42,329 nucleotides of DNA. Source: Saprolegnia diclina VS20 (lineage: Eukaryota). The notes under the pieces were generated by a model. It worked only from the letters and a program-made list of their open reading frames with translations, was not told the origin of the DNA and searched no databases. Position numbers and translations under genes: made by a program. The stretch covers positions 691,067-733,395 of the forward strand of contig NW_008246068.1 of NCBI RefSeq assembly GCF_000281045.1, in the 5' to 3' direction. How positions within the stretch are numbered: position 1 is the first letter of the stretch; the number at the start of each line of letters is the position of its first letter. This document shows, piece after piece, positions 11,501 through 22,245 of this stretch.

Positions 11501-13837
11501 AATGCGTCGGCGCCGTTGCAAGAGCTAGTGGCTGGTCTCCGGGCCATGCATCCGTGTCAAATGCCGTGGATGTTTACGCAGTACTGCTGGCTCGACCTAG
11601 ATCGGACGTGGGAGATGGCCAGCACGAGCCAGCGACAGGCTCGGTGCGCAGCTCTCAGCCAGCTCAATGGCGCCCGGTACCTCGAGACGAGTCTGCGCAA
11701 TCTACAAGACTGGACGGTGTGGCGATCGTGCTGGGGCACCTCGTTCGATATTGGTATGGGCAACGACTTGGCCGCGTCTGTCGAGGGTCGTCAGTGGCTG
11801 CAGCATGTCCAGTCAAATACTCTGTCCGTACCAGAAGAAGTCGAGTACTGGGCGAGCCATGACATCTCGGTATTCTTGTTGCAGTGGCAAAACTTCAAAG
11901 ACACGGGTCTCAGTGATTCGATGGTCATCTCGACGCCGTTCGGTCTCTCGTACAGTCTGCCGATCAGTGAGCGCCGAGGCATCGTGCACCTCGACTACCA
12001 GACGTCGCATCGTATGTACTGGGGACTCGCGAGCGACCTCTGGGCCGTGAGCAATAATGCGACCAGCGTCGGTGGCTTGTCGCTCTTGCGCAACAGTCCC
12101 CACTTTGCCTTTGCGAATGCGACACGCGCGAGTTTGCTCTTTGAAAATCTGACGCTCTCGTCGCCGCTGAACGCTGGTTTGGCACTCTATGACACATGTT
12201 TGGGACCATTTGGCGCTGTCGACATGGTGTACGTAAGCTGTCCAGCGTCGCTGCTTGCGTTCTACCGCTACGTTCTGCACACGATCGCGACTGCAACTAG
12301 CACCAACCTTGAAGCGCAGAAGCAATTTCTCAATCTGCCGGCCAAGACATACATTGGTCAGCTGCCGCAGGCTCTGCTCAATGACACAAGCGTGCGCCTC
12401 GTGGGGGGTAACCTCATGTGCGGCAGCGACCTTCCGGGAACCCCACCATCAGGCGCACTGCTGACGCTCTTTGGTATCGATACGGTGTGTGGCTGGGGGT
12501 ACCTGGACTTCTTTACCCCATCTAGGACCGGTCTTATCTTTGCCCTCGCGGCCTTTGACGCAGTACATCAACTTCAGCCAACGTTCGACTTCGCCGCTTT
12601 TTGTGCAAGTGATGTGTACGCCGAGCCCAACTGCGAGGCCATCTACCACGCGTCCTATTCATACGCAAGAACATTCTTGTCGGATTCAACAACGCTCAAA
12701 GCATTGGCAGTTGCAGCCGAGACTGACACCCGATCTCTCTCGATCGAGACGACCCAGTACATCAACCGCAGAGGCGTCATCGAGCTATACCGAATCAATA
12801 TTCTGGAGCCAACCGACCGCCCCTGGACGTGCTTTGGCTGGAACTATCTCGCCGAGTGGGTTGTCGGTCAGCGCGAAGTTGTCTCGTTTCAAGGCGACGG
12901 CGGCACGGTCACGAGCATGTCCCGCTTCACGCCCCTCTCAACGCTCTTGCCAACCGAAGCGGCGATCCCGACACGCCTCTCGTACGTCTGTCAGCAGTGT
13001 GTCCGGTACGTCACGGGCGCCATCATGGTGGGTGCGGGAGTTGCTGCCTACTATGCTATCTTTGTTTGCCGCGGCTACATTGAAGGCATGAACCTCTTCG
13101 CGCTAAACCGACTCATTGGCCACGCGTGGATTGGTCGGACGCTGCTCATCATCCGAGGTATCACGGCGCTTTGGCTGCTCAACACACCGCCCTTGCAGCT
13201 CCAGGCATTCGGCGTCGGTGCTCGCTTTCAAGTGTCGGCGCCAGAATGGTTTCCGACTCTCCTGGCTTCGTCCGAGCTCACATGGCTGGTCTACATCGCC
13301 AACGACCTCTTCAGCTGTGTCACACGGCAGTACACGCGATTGTATGCGTGGAAGAGCTCGGTCGCAGCGTGCTTGGTCGCGGCCGCCTGGTCGTTCATGG
13401 ACCCCCGAGAGTACACTGCCTACGTGCGCCGAAGCTGCCGGTACATTGACATGGACGTAGCTCTGGAGTGTACGAGCGGCTACGTTGAGCTCGGTCATGG
13501 AAGCCGCGTCGGCGTTGACGTCGGTCTCTGTCTCGGCTGTGTCTTTTTGGCGGCTTGTGTCGAGCGACTGCGATACCCCAAGCTCCCGTTCGTGCCAACG
13601 CCATCGCTTCTTCTAAACACCACTAGTGTCTACTCGTCCAACATGACCAACTGGATCGTCCATGGCCACGCGTACATGGACCGCATGACTGCCGTCATGG
13701 GCGGCCTTGTGACGTGGCGCTACCACGGTGTTTTGCACGTGTTTGATATCAAGAGCTGGCGCACATTTGTCGTCGTGCCCGAGGCCGAGTGTCCGTTTGA
13801 GTTCGGCGCCGTCCTGCCTCTTCATCGTACTTGCTAG
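8560..13837 (+). CDS. Large multi-pass membrane protein with two tandem homologous modules (uncharacterised oomycete/Saprolegniales-type family); interrupted by N gap
   Basis: ORFs either side of the gap at 10137-10252. Duplicated motifs: YCWADLNKTYELAYTTKRQARC..NGAVHLETVLRN / YCWLDLDRTWEMASTSQRQARC..NGARYLETSLRN; GPFGSID / GPFGAVD; GNPMC / GNLMC; VFDLKLW / VFDIKSW. Confidence 0.82.
10137..10252. other. Assembly gap (N run)
   Basis: Run of Ns inside the large membrane-protein gene. The reading frame differs across it, so the gap length is approximate. Confidence 0.99.
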
Positions 13838-14192
13838 CTGCCTTGTATACTCATACTTCAGTGCCATTTGAAAAGTGGGGTTTTGACCTGCGTCCAGACA
13901 CGATATCGCCTCTGCGATCGCGTCGATCGACAAAAATGCGAGTAAAGGAGACTCAGAGAGTTGAAAATGTCATTCTGCCACGTGCAGCAGAATAAGCATG
14001 GAAGGGACTACAGTGTCGTCGACCACAACACTTATAACAGAGATATTTTATAAGGACTAGAGTCGCTACTTTGAAACTACATGAACGACCCTAACCCGCT
14101 TTGACACGCTGCAACCCGAGCCCTCGCCACCACAGCGTACACAAAGTCGATACAGATAACGACGACTAAATAATAATGTACGGTGCATCAGC

Positions 14193-16487
14193 TTACAGGA
14201 GCGCGACGCGGCTCCGCTGCTCCATGAGGGCCAACATGTCGGCGGCGACGCGCGCCATCTTGTCCTTGGCCGTCGCAGCCATACGGCCGCGGGGCATGTC
14301 GTCTGCGATCGACAACGTGCCGAGTTCAATGCCGTCACTCGTCACGAGCGGCACACCATAGAAAAAGCGAATGTTCTCGGCGCCCGTGACGCGCGGCGAC
14401 GCGGCAAACCGCGCGTCCACGCTCGCATCCGAGACAAACATGGGTGTCCGGCTCGAGAGCACGGCCAGGTTCAGCGCACACGCCGGCGAAATCATGTGCG
14501 GCACGTTGTCGCCAAACGCCGCCTTGAGGATGCACTGGCCCTTGTAGACGACGCACACATACGCTTGGGCGACCTCGACATCCTGCACGAGCGACTCGCA
14601 CATGGCGTCCAGCACCGCGTTCATCTCGTGGTCGACAAAGATGTTTTGCCGGAGCTGCTCGGCTTCCTGCGAATGTTGCAGCGTAATCTCCATCTGAATC
14701 GAGCTGCGCGTACGGCCCATTGGTGTCCGCGGTGACGACGCCGACACGGCGCGGGGCGGCGGCACCGCCGATGCCTTTGTCGGTGGTGGTGTCACAAACG
14801 TGGTCCGCGCTGGTGTCGGCATGACCATCGTCTTGGGCTGCGGCATGCTCGCCCGGCTCGGCAGAGTACTGGGCGGCGTAGGCCGTGGCGGTGCTTCGCT
14901 CTCAGAGCTCGAGAGACGGTCAAAGCGACCACTGTGGTCTTGCGCCTTGTAGTCGCTGCCGCGCGGCGTTCGAAAGCCGGTCCAGAGATCAATCTTTGGG
15001 CGCGCTGTCGGTGTCGTCGTCGTTGTCATTGGTGCTGACGAGGAGGACGAGGATGACGTTGGCGTCGTGCTTTTCGGCGTCATGAACGAGTGGCGCAGGT
15101 TCCGAGGCGTCGTGCTCTCTTCCGGCAGCGACTGCAGCAGCTGCATGACATCGGTTTGGCAGAACGACTGGCTCGAGCCGTCTTCGCTGAGCTCGCTAAT
15201 CCGATGCAAAAGCTCTTCGTGGGTCGCAATTTTGGAGTGCTTGAGCGCCTGCACGAGCTGCTTGCCTGCTCGGCTCACGCGCTGCTGGCGGGCACTCGGT
15301 CGGCGCATCGAGCCAGTCGGTGCGACCGGTGTCGCGGCCGCCGTCAGCGACGTGGTCGCGAGCACCTTGTTGGTTAAAATGTACTTGGCCTTGCACTGCT
15401 CGTAGCAGACACGACACACGCGGAGCTCAAAGCAAACGCCGTTCGTCGACTCGACGCGCTCAATGCTCGAGCACGCGTGGCAAAAGTTGAGGCCGCAGAG
15501 CCGGCACACGACCTGTTTGCGGAGCGGCGTGCGCTTGAGACAGCGCGTGCACGCGTCCGAGTGGAGCGCGGTGGCGTCGACCGTTGTGATGTGCGCTGCG
15601 AGGCGTCGTCGGACAACGGCATCGGCGAGGATCGCAAGGCCTTTCGCCAGCCGGTGGAGCACATGGTGACCGAACGCGCCGGGCGACGACGACCCGCTCG
15701 GCTTTGGCCCGAAATGGTTGCCATAAAACGCCATTTGGACGCGGTCGGAGCCGACGTCTTCAATGTGGTAGCCAAAGAGGAGCGACGTGACGTGCTGGAG
15801 CTTGCATTTCGCGTCGACCATGCGGTACACGAGCGGGTTGTCGAGCGATTTGAAGGCGCGGAGCACCGACGACGGCGACGGTTGCTGCATCGCATCCAGA
15901 AACACCAAGTCGTGCCGCGTCCGCGAAAAGAAGCGTTTGGTTTCAAACTTGGCGTGCTTGATGGCGCCGGCCAGGCTGCGCTTCGGGACTTCGTCCCGGT
16001 CGCTTTGGCTGCTCGGGACGTCCGAGACAACGGTGGCGCTGTCGTCGTCGTCGTCGCGCACACACGGTGCGACGCCGGTCGCTAGCCGGCGCGCGGTTTT
16101 GACCTCAATGAGCTCGGCGCCAAAGATACGAGCGAGGAACGCTTGAAAGCCGAGCTGCGCGTCGCACGAAAAAACGTTGAGCACCTCGGCGAGCGACGCA
16201 GTGAGGAGCGTCGACGCAAACACCGTGTACGTAGCGGTCGCGCTGCTATAGTCGGACCGGATCGGCGTCTCGTTGTGCCGAAGTAGGTCGTGCTGGATCG
16301 CAATCTTCTGGCGGATGTGGCGCGTGATCGACTCGCCGCGCATGAGGACGGCGTCGTCCGTCATCTTTTTCGCGTCTTCGAGAAATGTGCGCGGCCATCG
16401 CTCCAACTCGGCCGACGCCCGCGTCGTCCGCGTCTGCTGCGCCGTCCGCCGAAAGTGCTCGCTGCCGTTCTGCGACCCGAGGAACAT
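14193..16487 (-). CDS. START-like + FYVE-type zinc finger + Ser/Thr/Pro linker + C-terminal GAF domain protein
   Basis: 764-aa ORF. Eight-Cys finger CTRC..CRLCGLNFCHAC..RVCRVC; GAF motif FVSDASVDARFAASPRVTGAENIRFFYGVPLVTSDGIELGTLSIADDMPR. The START-like call for the N-terminal region is less certain. Confidence 0.88.
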   Translation of the reverse strand: MFLGSQNGSEHFRRTAQQTRTTRASAELERWPRTFLEDAKKMTDDAVLMRGESITRHIRQKIAIQHDLLRHNETPIRSDYSSATATYTVFASTLLTASLAEVLNVFSCDAQLGFQAFLARIFGAELIEVKTARRLATGVAPCVRDDDDDSATVVSDVPSSQSDRDEVPKRSLAGAIKHAKFETKRFFSRTRHDLVFLDAMQQPSPSSVLRAFKSLDNPLVYRMVDAKCKLQHVTSLLFGYHIEDVGSDRVQMAFYGNHFGPKPSGSSSPGAFGHHVLHRLAKGLAILADAVVRRRLAAHITTVDATALHSDACTRCLKRTPLRKQVVCRLCGLNFCHACSSIERVESTNGVCFELRVCRVCYEQCKAKYILTNKVLATTSLTAAATPVAPTGSMRRPSARQQRVSRAGKQLVQALKHSKIATHEELLHRISELSEDGSSQSFCQTDVMQLLQSLPEESTTPRNLRHSFMTPKSTTPTSSSSSSSAPMTTTTTPTARPKIDLWTGFRTPRGSDYKAQDHSGRFDRLSSSESEAPPRPTPPSTLPSRASMPQPKTMVMPTPARTTFVTPPPTKASAVPPPRAVSASSPRTPMGRTRSSIQMEITLQHSQEAEQLRQNIFVDHEMNAVLDAMCESLVQDVEVAQAYVCVVYKGQCILKAAFGDNVPHMISPACALNLAVLSSRTPMFVSDASVDARFAASPRVTGAENIRFFYGVPLVTSDGIELGTLSIADDMPRGRMAATAKDKMARVAADMLALMEQRSRVALL

Positions 16488-18984
16488 GCTGGCGCAAATG
16501 CAAGACTGGCGCGCGATGCGGAATCCAACGCGCTCAGATGTCGATGTGACTCACCGCACGCAGATCAGTCCTCGTGGGCGTGACAGAGGCGTTTAACAGA
16601 TGTTTAACGTACTTTAACGCGTTTCGCAGCAGGCCGAGTAATGTGATCACACGACGCTATTGCGCGCATCGTGCTTCGTTGCCGCGCACCCGCACTTGCA
16701 AGTGGTTTTCGTGTAGGAGAGGTTGACCGCCACGCCGAAAGGACGCCCCAATCCACTTCAAAATCGCGTCCAGTGACTTTAACGCGTTCAACGTCAAGGC
16801 GCCAATAGAAAGTGCAAGGTCACCAAAAGGTAATGTCGGAAAGGCGGCGATTGTGGTTTCGCAGCCGTTGACACCACTACAGTACGCGTGGACGCGTCGA
16901 CCCGACTAGAATGCATCAGCCAATCGACTAGAATGGACTTGCTGCACTGACTAGGAGGCGTGGCTTGGTGCAGGGAGCCGCCGTGGGCTGCGGATCGACG
17001 GCCGTGTCCGCTACTTGGTTCTCACGCGCTCGAGGCATCGCGCGTCGCAGCCCGCCGTTGCAACTGCACTGGTTACTAACGCTGCGCGATGTGTGGGACC
17101 GGATGTGAGCAATGTGGCGCAGTCCGGATCGACGCGACCGTCGTACAACCACGATAACCGTGGTCGCTTCCGGCTCTTGTCGTGGGACTCGCTCGTGTGT
17201 CATACCGCCGTCGACACTAGTGCGGTGGTCAGCACAACGACGGTGTCGTCGACGCAGCCCCTTTCCTATGCGATCGCTGCGTCGTAGGCTTGCGAAACAA
17301 GGCTGGTGACGCGACCTCGTCCTCGCATCGGGCAGGTGGGGAGCTTGGGTGGGGAGCGGTGGGGAGTGTCCAGCGAGAATGTACATGAATATGATTTTGA
17401 TCGTGTAGACAGCGTAGTCGGGAGTTGTAGCCGGTCGGCGAGCCGGTGGCCAAGGCCAAGGCCACTCGACGACGTTGTTGCTGCTAATACCAGTATCAAG
17501 GCTCGAGGGTTTATTCCGCAACAGCGATGCTGTCAACGGCCACTTTGCCAGAACGCCATCGTGCATGACGATGCGGCACATGTCTATGAACTGGCAGCGC
17601 CGTCGACGCTGGGGCTTGCAAACGCTGTACCGAAACAGCAACCCGACGCTGTTTCTCAACAAATAATAATGTTTATAAACCATACACGACATTACTCACG
17701 GCAACACAAAAACGTCCTTTTGCTGCACACGTAAACCCACCAAGACCATTACGTGAGCCAATCATCGAGCAGTATACAACGAAATCGGTCGGAGCTTGGA
17801 GAAGGAGCAAACAAGATGCGCATAGATTGTCCTTTAACTGTGTATATTGCTCGTCTTCTGTAGCTACACGGCAAATGACCAAATAGGTTTGTGCTGGAAT
17901 TTGCTGCATTGGCGACATGCTTGTGATCGAGTGAGAACTTATCTCAGATACGCTAGTGTACAGCAACCACAACCGACCAATCCCATCGCGGCACAGGGTC
18001 GGAACGCGATGTGATTGGTGCGATCTGTGTGCAATAGCACACCCGTGCGCGTGGTCGAGGATCACAGATTATTGTCTGTCGACTAGGGTACGATGTCTAG
18101 GGACCAAGACAACCAACGACCGTCGTCCGCGTCACAAAGCAATCGATCCTCCTCCTTCGTTCTTTTCCCATTAAAATGCCTGTTCAAATGGAATCTACTC
18201 GGTGCTCTTGATATACCTCACTAGAGTACTAGCTGAGAAGACACGCCGGCTGCAAGCGCCTTCAAGCCGCGCAAATGAGTGGCGTCCAGCCTGACAGAAA
18301 AATGCACGGGATTGCCCTCAATTCATTAAATTAGCTTGCGATTTGTATGATGAGTGTATAATTTTATTCGACCCCACGTGCTTCGATGCTCGCCGGAATA
18401 TCCTGTCACAATGAATCGCCGTGCGCCGCCAATACCCTCTGCAAATCCATATATTCCAAGATCCCTCTCAGAGCGCCCCCTTCTCCGTACGATCTCCACA
18501 CGCACAGCTAGCTAGCGAGCACCACGAATAGACGGCAAAAACACAGCAATCAACACGCGGACGAGGTCCACCAAGACGCACCTGCACGCTCGCACCTTGC
18601 TAGGACACCACGTATTGCCTCATGGCCTCGACAAACCCCAGGTCGCCGATCGCGTCAAAGCGAATACGCCTCTTTCGTCCTATGTACGCCCACTGCAACA
18701 GTACAGTGTATGCAAATGGCCGTAGAGGCGCAAGGTCCCCGTGCCGTTCAGAACGCGCTTCCATCGCCACGTTGAGCACTGGTAGATCCTGTGAGAATGT
18801 ATATCCTGTCACAAACTATATCTGAAGCCAGTATAAATCCAGAGAGGTCCGCTTGCCGGGAGCTTTGGTGCGCAGTTTTTCGCTGCTTGTGGAGGTTCTA
18901 TGCCGCTAGGGCCTGGGCCGAGTCAGAGCAGTCCAGGAATCGAAGAGTAACGCGCGAGGTCCGTCGTCCGAGGCCAGCAGCAGC

Positions 18985-20086
18985 ATGGCGACAGTCGACG
19001 CGGTCCTCCCGGCCACCGCCACGAAGCCATCGAGCAGCGCCGGCCGCGCCCCGTACCAGGTCAAGTTTACCTGCCTCGGCCACAAGAAGGCCATCTCGAG
19101 CATCGAGTTTAGCAACTTTGGCAACCTCCTCGCGTCGGCCTGTACGTCGACGCCCAGCTTGCCGATGCAGGGCCTCATGTCGCCGATGTGTAGCGCCCGA
19201 CAAGACGGTCAAGATATGGAATGCGAGCACGGGCGCGCTCGAGCAGACGTTGGAGGGCCACGAGCAGGGCATCTCAGACATCTCGTGGTCGGCGAACGCC
19301 CGCTTCATCGCGTCGGCGTCCGACGACTGCACGGTCAAGATCTGGGACACCGAGTCGAGCGAGACCGTCTCGACGCTGCGCGGCCACGCCAACTATGTGT
19401 TTTCCGTCAACTTTAATCCGCAAGGCACGCTGCTCGCGAGCGCGTCCTTTGACGAATCCGCGCGCCTCTGGGACGTGCGCACGGGCCGCGCCGTGCGCAT
19501 TTTGCCCGCGCACTCGGATCCCGTGACTGCTTCGTCGTTCAACCGCGACGGCACGCTGCTCGTCACAAGCAGGTGCGACCCGTGCCTACTTGTCGGTGTG
19601 CTCATGGTGATCTCAATTAGCTACGACGGCCTGTGCCGTATCTGGGACGTGGCGTCCGGGCAGTGCCTCAACACGCTCACGCTCTCAAACGAGCTCAACG
19701 ACGCGATCATTCCCGTCTCGTTTGCCAAGTTTTCGCCCAACGGCCGCTTTGTGCTCGTGAGCACGCTCGACGGCCGGCTTCGGCTCTGGGACTACGCCCG
19801 GAACCGCGTCATCAAGACGTACAGCGGCCACGTCAACAGCTCGTTCTGCGTCTTCTCGACGTTTTCTCTGCACGGGGGGCCGCCCACAATCATCTCGGGG
19901 TCCGAAGACAACACGATCGTGCTCTACGACGTCCAGACCCAAGAGAAAGTCCAAGTGCTCTCGGGGCACACGGACGCGGTGCTGGCGGTCGCCGCGCACC
20001 CGATGAAGGCGATGCTGGCGTCCGGCGCGCTCGACAAGGACAAGACGATCAAGGTCTGGGAGCAAGTGTACCCGTCGTGCAGCTAG
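18985..20086 (+). CDS. WDR5: WD repeat protein 5 (COMPASS/SWD3 homologue), 3 exons
   Basis: GHKKAISSIEFS, GHEQGISDISWS, GHANYVFSVNFNPQ, AHSDPVTA, TSSYDGLCRIWD, PVSFAKFSPNG, FCVFSTFS..IISGSED and AHP..MLASGALDKDKTIKVW all match WDR5. Confidence 0.93.
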
Positions 20087-20239
20087 CGTTGTTGCTGCGT
20101 TTAATTTTATATGGTCGCACGCGACCACCGTCACCCCTTTCGTAATACTAAATCACCTACTAAATCAACGACTCTTGTGAGGCATCTTGACAAAGGACCG
20201 ACTAAATGACTAGGAACAATCGGAGAGCAGGCACGAATA

Positions 20240-21432
20240 TTAGAAAAGGTCGTCGGCGACGTTCATCCACTTGGTGAGGTACACGCACGTGGCCGGCGAG
20301 ACAATGTTGCCATCGGCGCACTGCTCAAAGACGGGGCAGACGCCGCACGGCGCCTCCGAAAGCCCGTCAAACACGCTCACGTCGCGGCAGATCTTGTACG
20401 AGACATCGCGCATCTCCTACATAGCAAAATATAAATATCGGAAAATGCACCAGAAAATGATAAGGCAACGTACGCCGTTGGCAAGCCGCGCCGTCCGGAC
20501 TTCCTCGATGCGTTCGTCGTAAATGAGCGTGTTGACAATTGACATCATCTCGTCTGGGCCCAGCGACACCTTGGCGATCCCCGACTCGTGGACCTTGTCG
20601 GTGATTTGCTGCAGCGTCACGACGCCCTACGTGGCCCATGAGCAGGAATCGATATGGCAACGTAGTCTACCTTGGCGCGGATGAATTGGCACACAAAGTT
20701 GCTCAGCGTATCGATAAAGTCGTGGTCAAACTCTTGCTCGTTGTACCACGGGCCGCCCGTGATGTCCCGCGATGGCACTAGACAAGGCATGCGACGTCGC
20801 CCGTAAGTGAGAGCGCCGTACCGAGGTCGTAGAGCATGTAGAGTTTCTTGTTCTTTTGGCTGATCGACTTGACGGCCTTGACGAGATGGCGCGACTCGAG
20901 CGTGCGAATGATCTTGCGGATCGTCATCTAGCATCGCCATACGCTGCAGTGCATGCCATGAACGACGTTGGCTCTACCTCGGGCAGATTGGTCTGCATCT
21001 TGATATCGCGCGTCCAGACGCCCTTGTTGCCCGACTTTTCAATCTCGTGGAGGACGGCGCGGTGTTCGCCCCTACAGCATGGCATCGTCGCGACCATGGC
21101 CGTCATGCAAGCAAGGTGCGTACGAGAGGCCTTGCATGCGCTCCGACTCTTCCTTGGTCACGAGCTGGTACAGCACGTTGCTGCCTTGCATCAAGATCTT
21201 GATGCGACTCTAGCGCAGACGAGCATGAGCGCCACGCATGCATGCTGCACACGTCTACCTCGCCCATGAGCCGGTTGATGCACACCGGCAGCTTGGCGTA
21301 TTGGTCGCCGAAGCTCTTGCGCACGACGTCGTCACCGACCGGCTCGGTCGAGCTCGCGAGGAGGTCCAGGAACGCCTTCTCGTGGTTCATGCTTCCAAGC
21401 GCGTTGTCGAAATCCAACAATTCCGTGGCCAT
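20240..21432 (-). CDS. POLR3F: RNA polymerase III subunit C34/RPC6 (7 exons)
   Basis: IEKSGNKGVWTRDIKMQTNL, IIRTLESRHLVKAVKSI..NKKLYMLYDLVPSRDITGGPWY, and C-terminal PCGVCPVFEQC..VSPATCVYLTKW. Confidence 0.93.
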
Positions 21433-22160
21433 GGAATACTGTCACAATTGATATTTAAATATCAAAAGCCACAGGTTGAAACCGGCGCCATCTTGACAGC
21501 AACCCCTTCGACTAACGTTGCGTAGACGAGGAGTGAGCAGAAAGCAATGACAATAGTGTGGTTCAGAGATACTAAATAAAATCGACTAAAACGAGCTCGT
21601 CCTGCAGCTCCTGTAGCTAGACTTGGGTAATATCTCGTGGAAGCGCTCGGTGGGCTATGCAAGGTGCAAGCCAAAGGCCTGCATCTCGCAACACGACTGA
21701 CGACTCATTCCTTGAAGCGACGAGCAATCGAGGTAACGCTGCCACGCAGTTCTTAGTGTCGAGGGTCGTCCCCATGCACTGGACGGTACAGTAGCTTCAA
21801 CGGCCCGAAATTCTTACATTCTAGGGAAAGCCATGCTGGACGACCTCTGTCGCCAAAGCCGCCTTGCCACAACGTATAAAATGCCCATCGACGGTGCTTG
21901 TCGGTCAAGTGTATAGCACCAACTGCCCTTGATGGCGCCTGAGTCGGACTTTACCGCTGCCGATAACAAAATTCCAACGGCTCAGTGTGCACTAGAGTTG
22001 CACGTTTGAGTCGGCTAGCCTATTGAAGAGTCGGTCTACTCCCAGGACAACAAAGCGAATGGATAGTCTAGTAACGTTAGGCTATTGATTCGTCGAGTGA
22101 CGTCGTTGGGGAGTGCTTGTGTAGCGCAGTGGGGACCTTCTGGATCGGGGCTTCTCGCTT

Positions 22161-22218
22161 CTGATTGGTCAAAACTCGAGGAAATTTGTTGGTGTGGAGT
22201 CGTACGCTATGATTGGTT
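22161..22218 (+). promoter_or_regulatory. Two CCAAT boxes (TGATTGG) upstream of PWP2
   Basis: ctgattggtcaaaa at 22161 and tgattggtt at 22210, about 30-85 nt before ATG 22246. Confidence 0.55.
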
Positions 22219-22245
22219 GGGTCGCATTGCCCGAAATCCAAAAGC

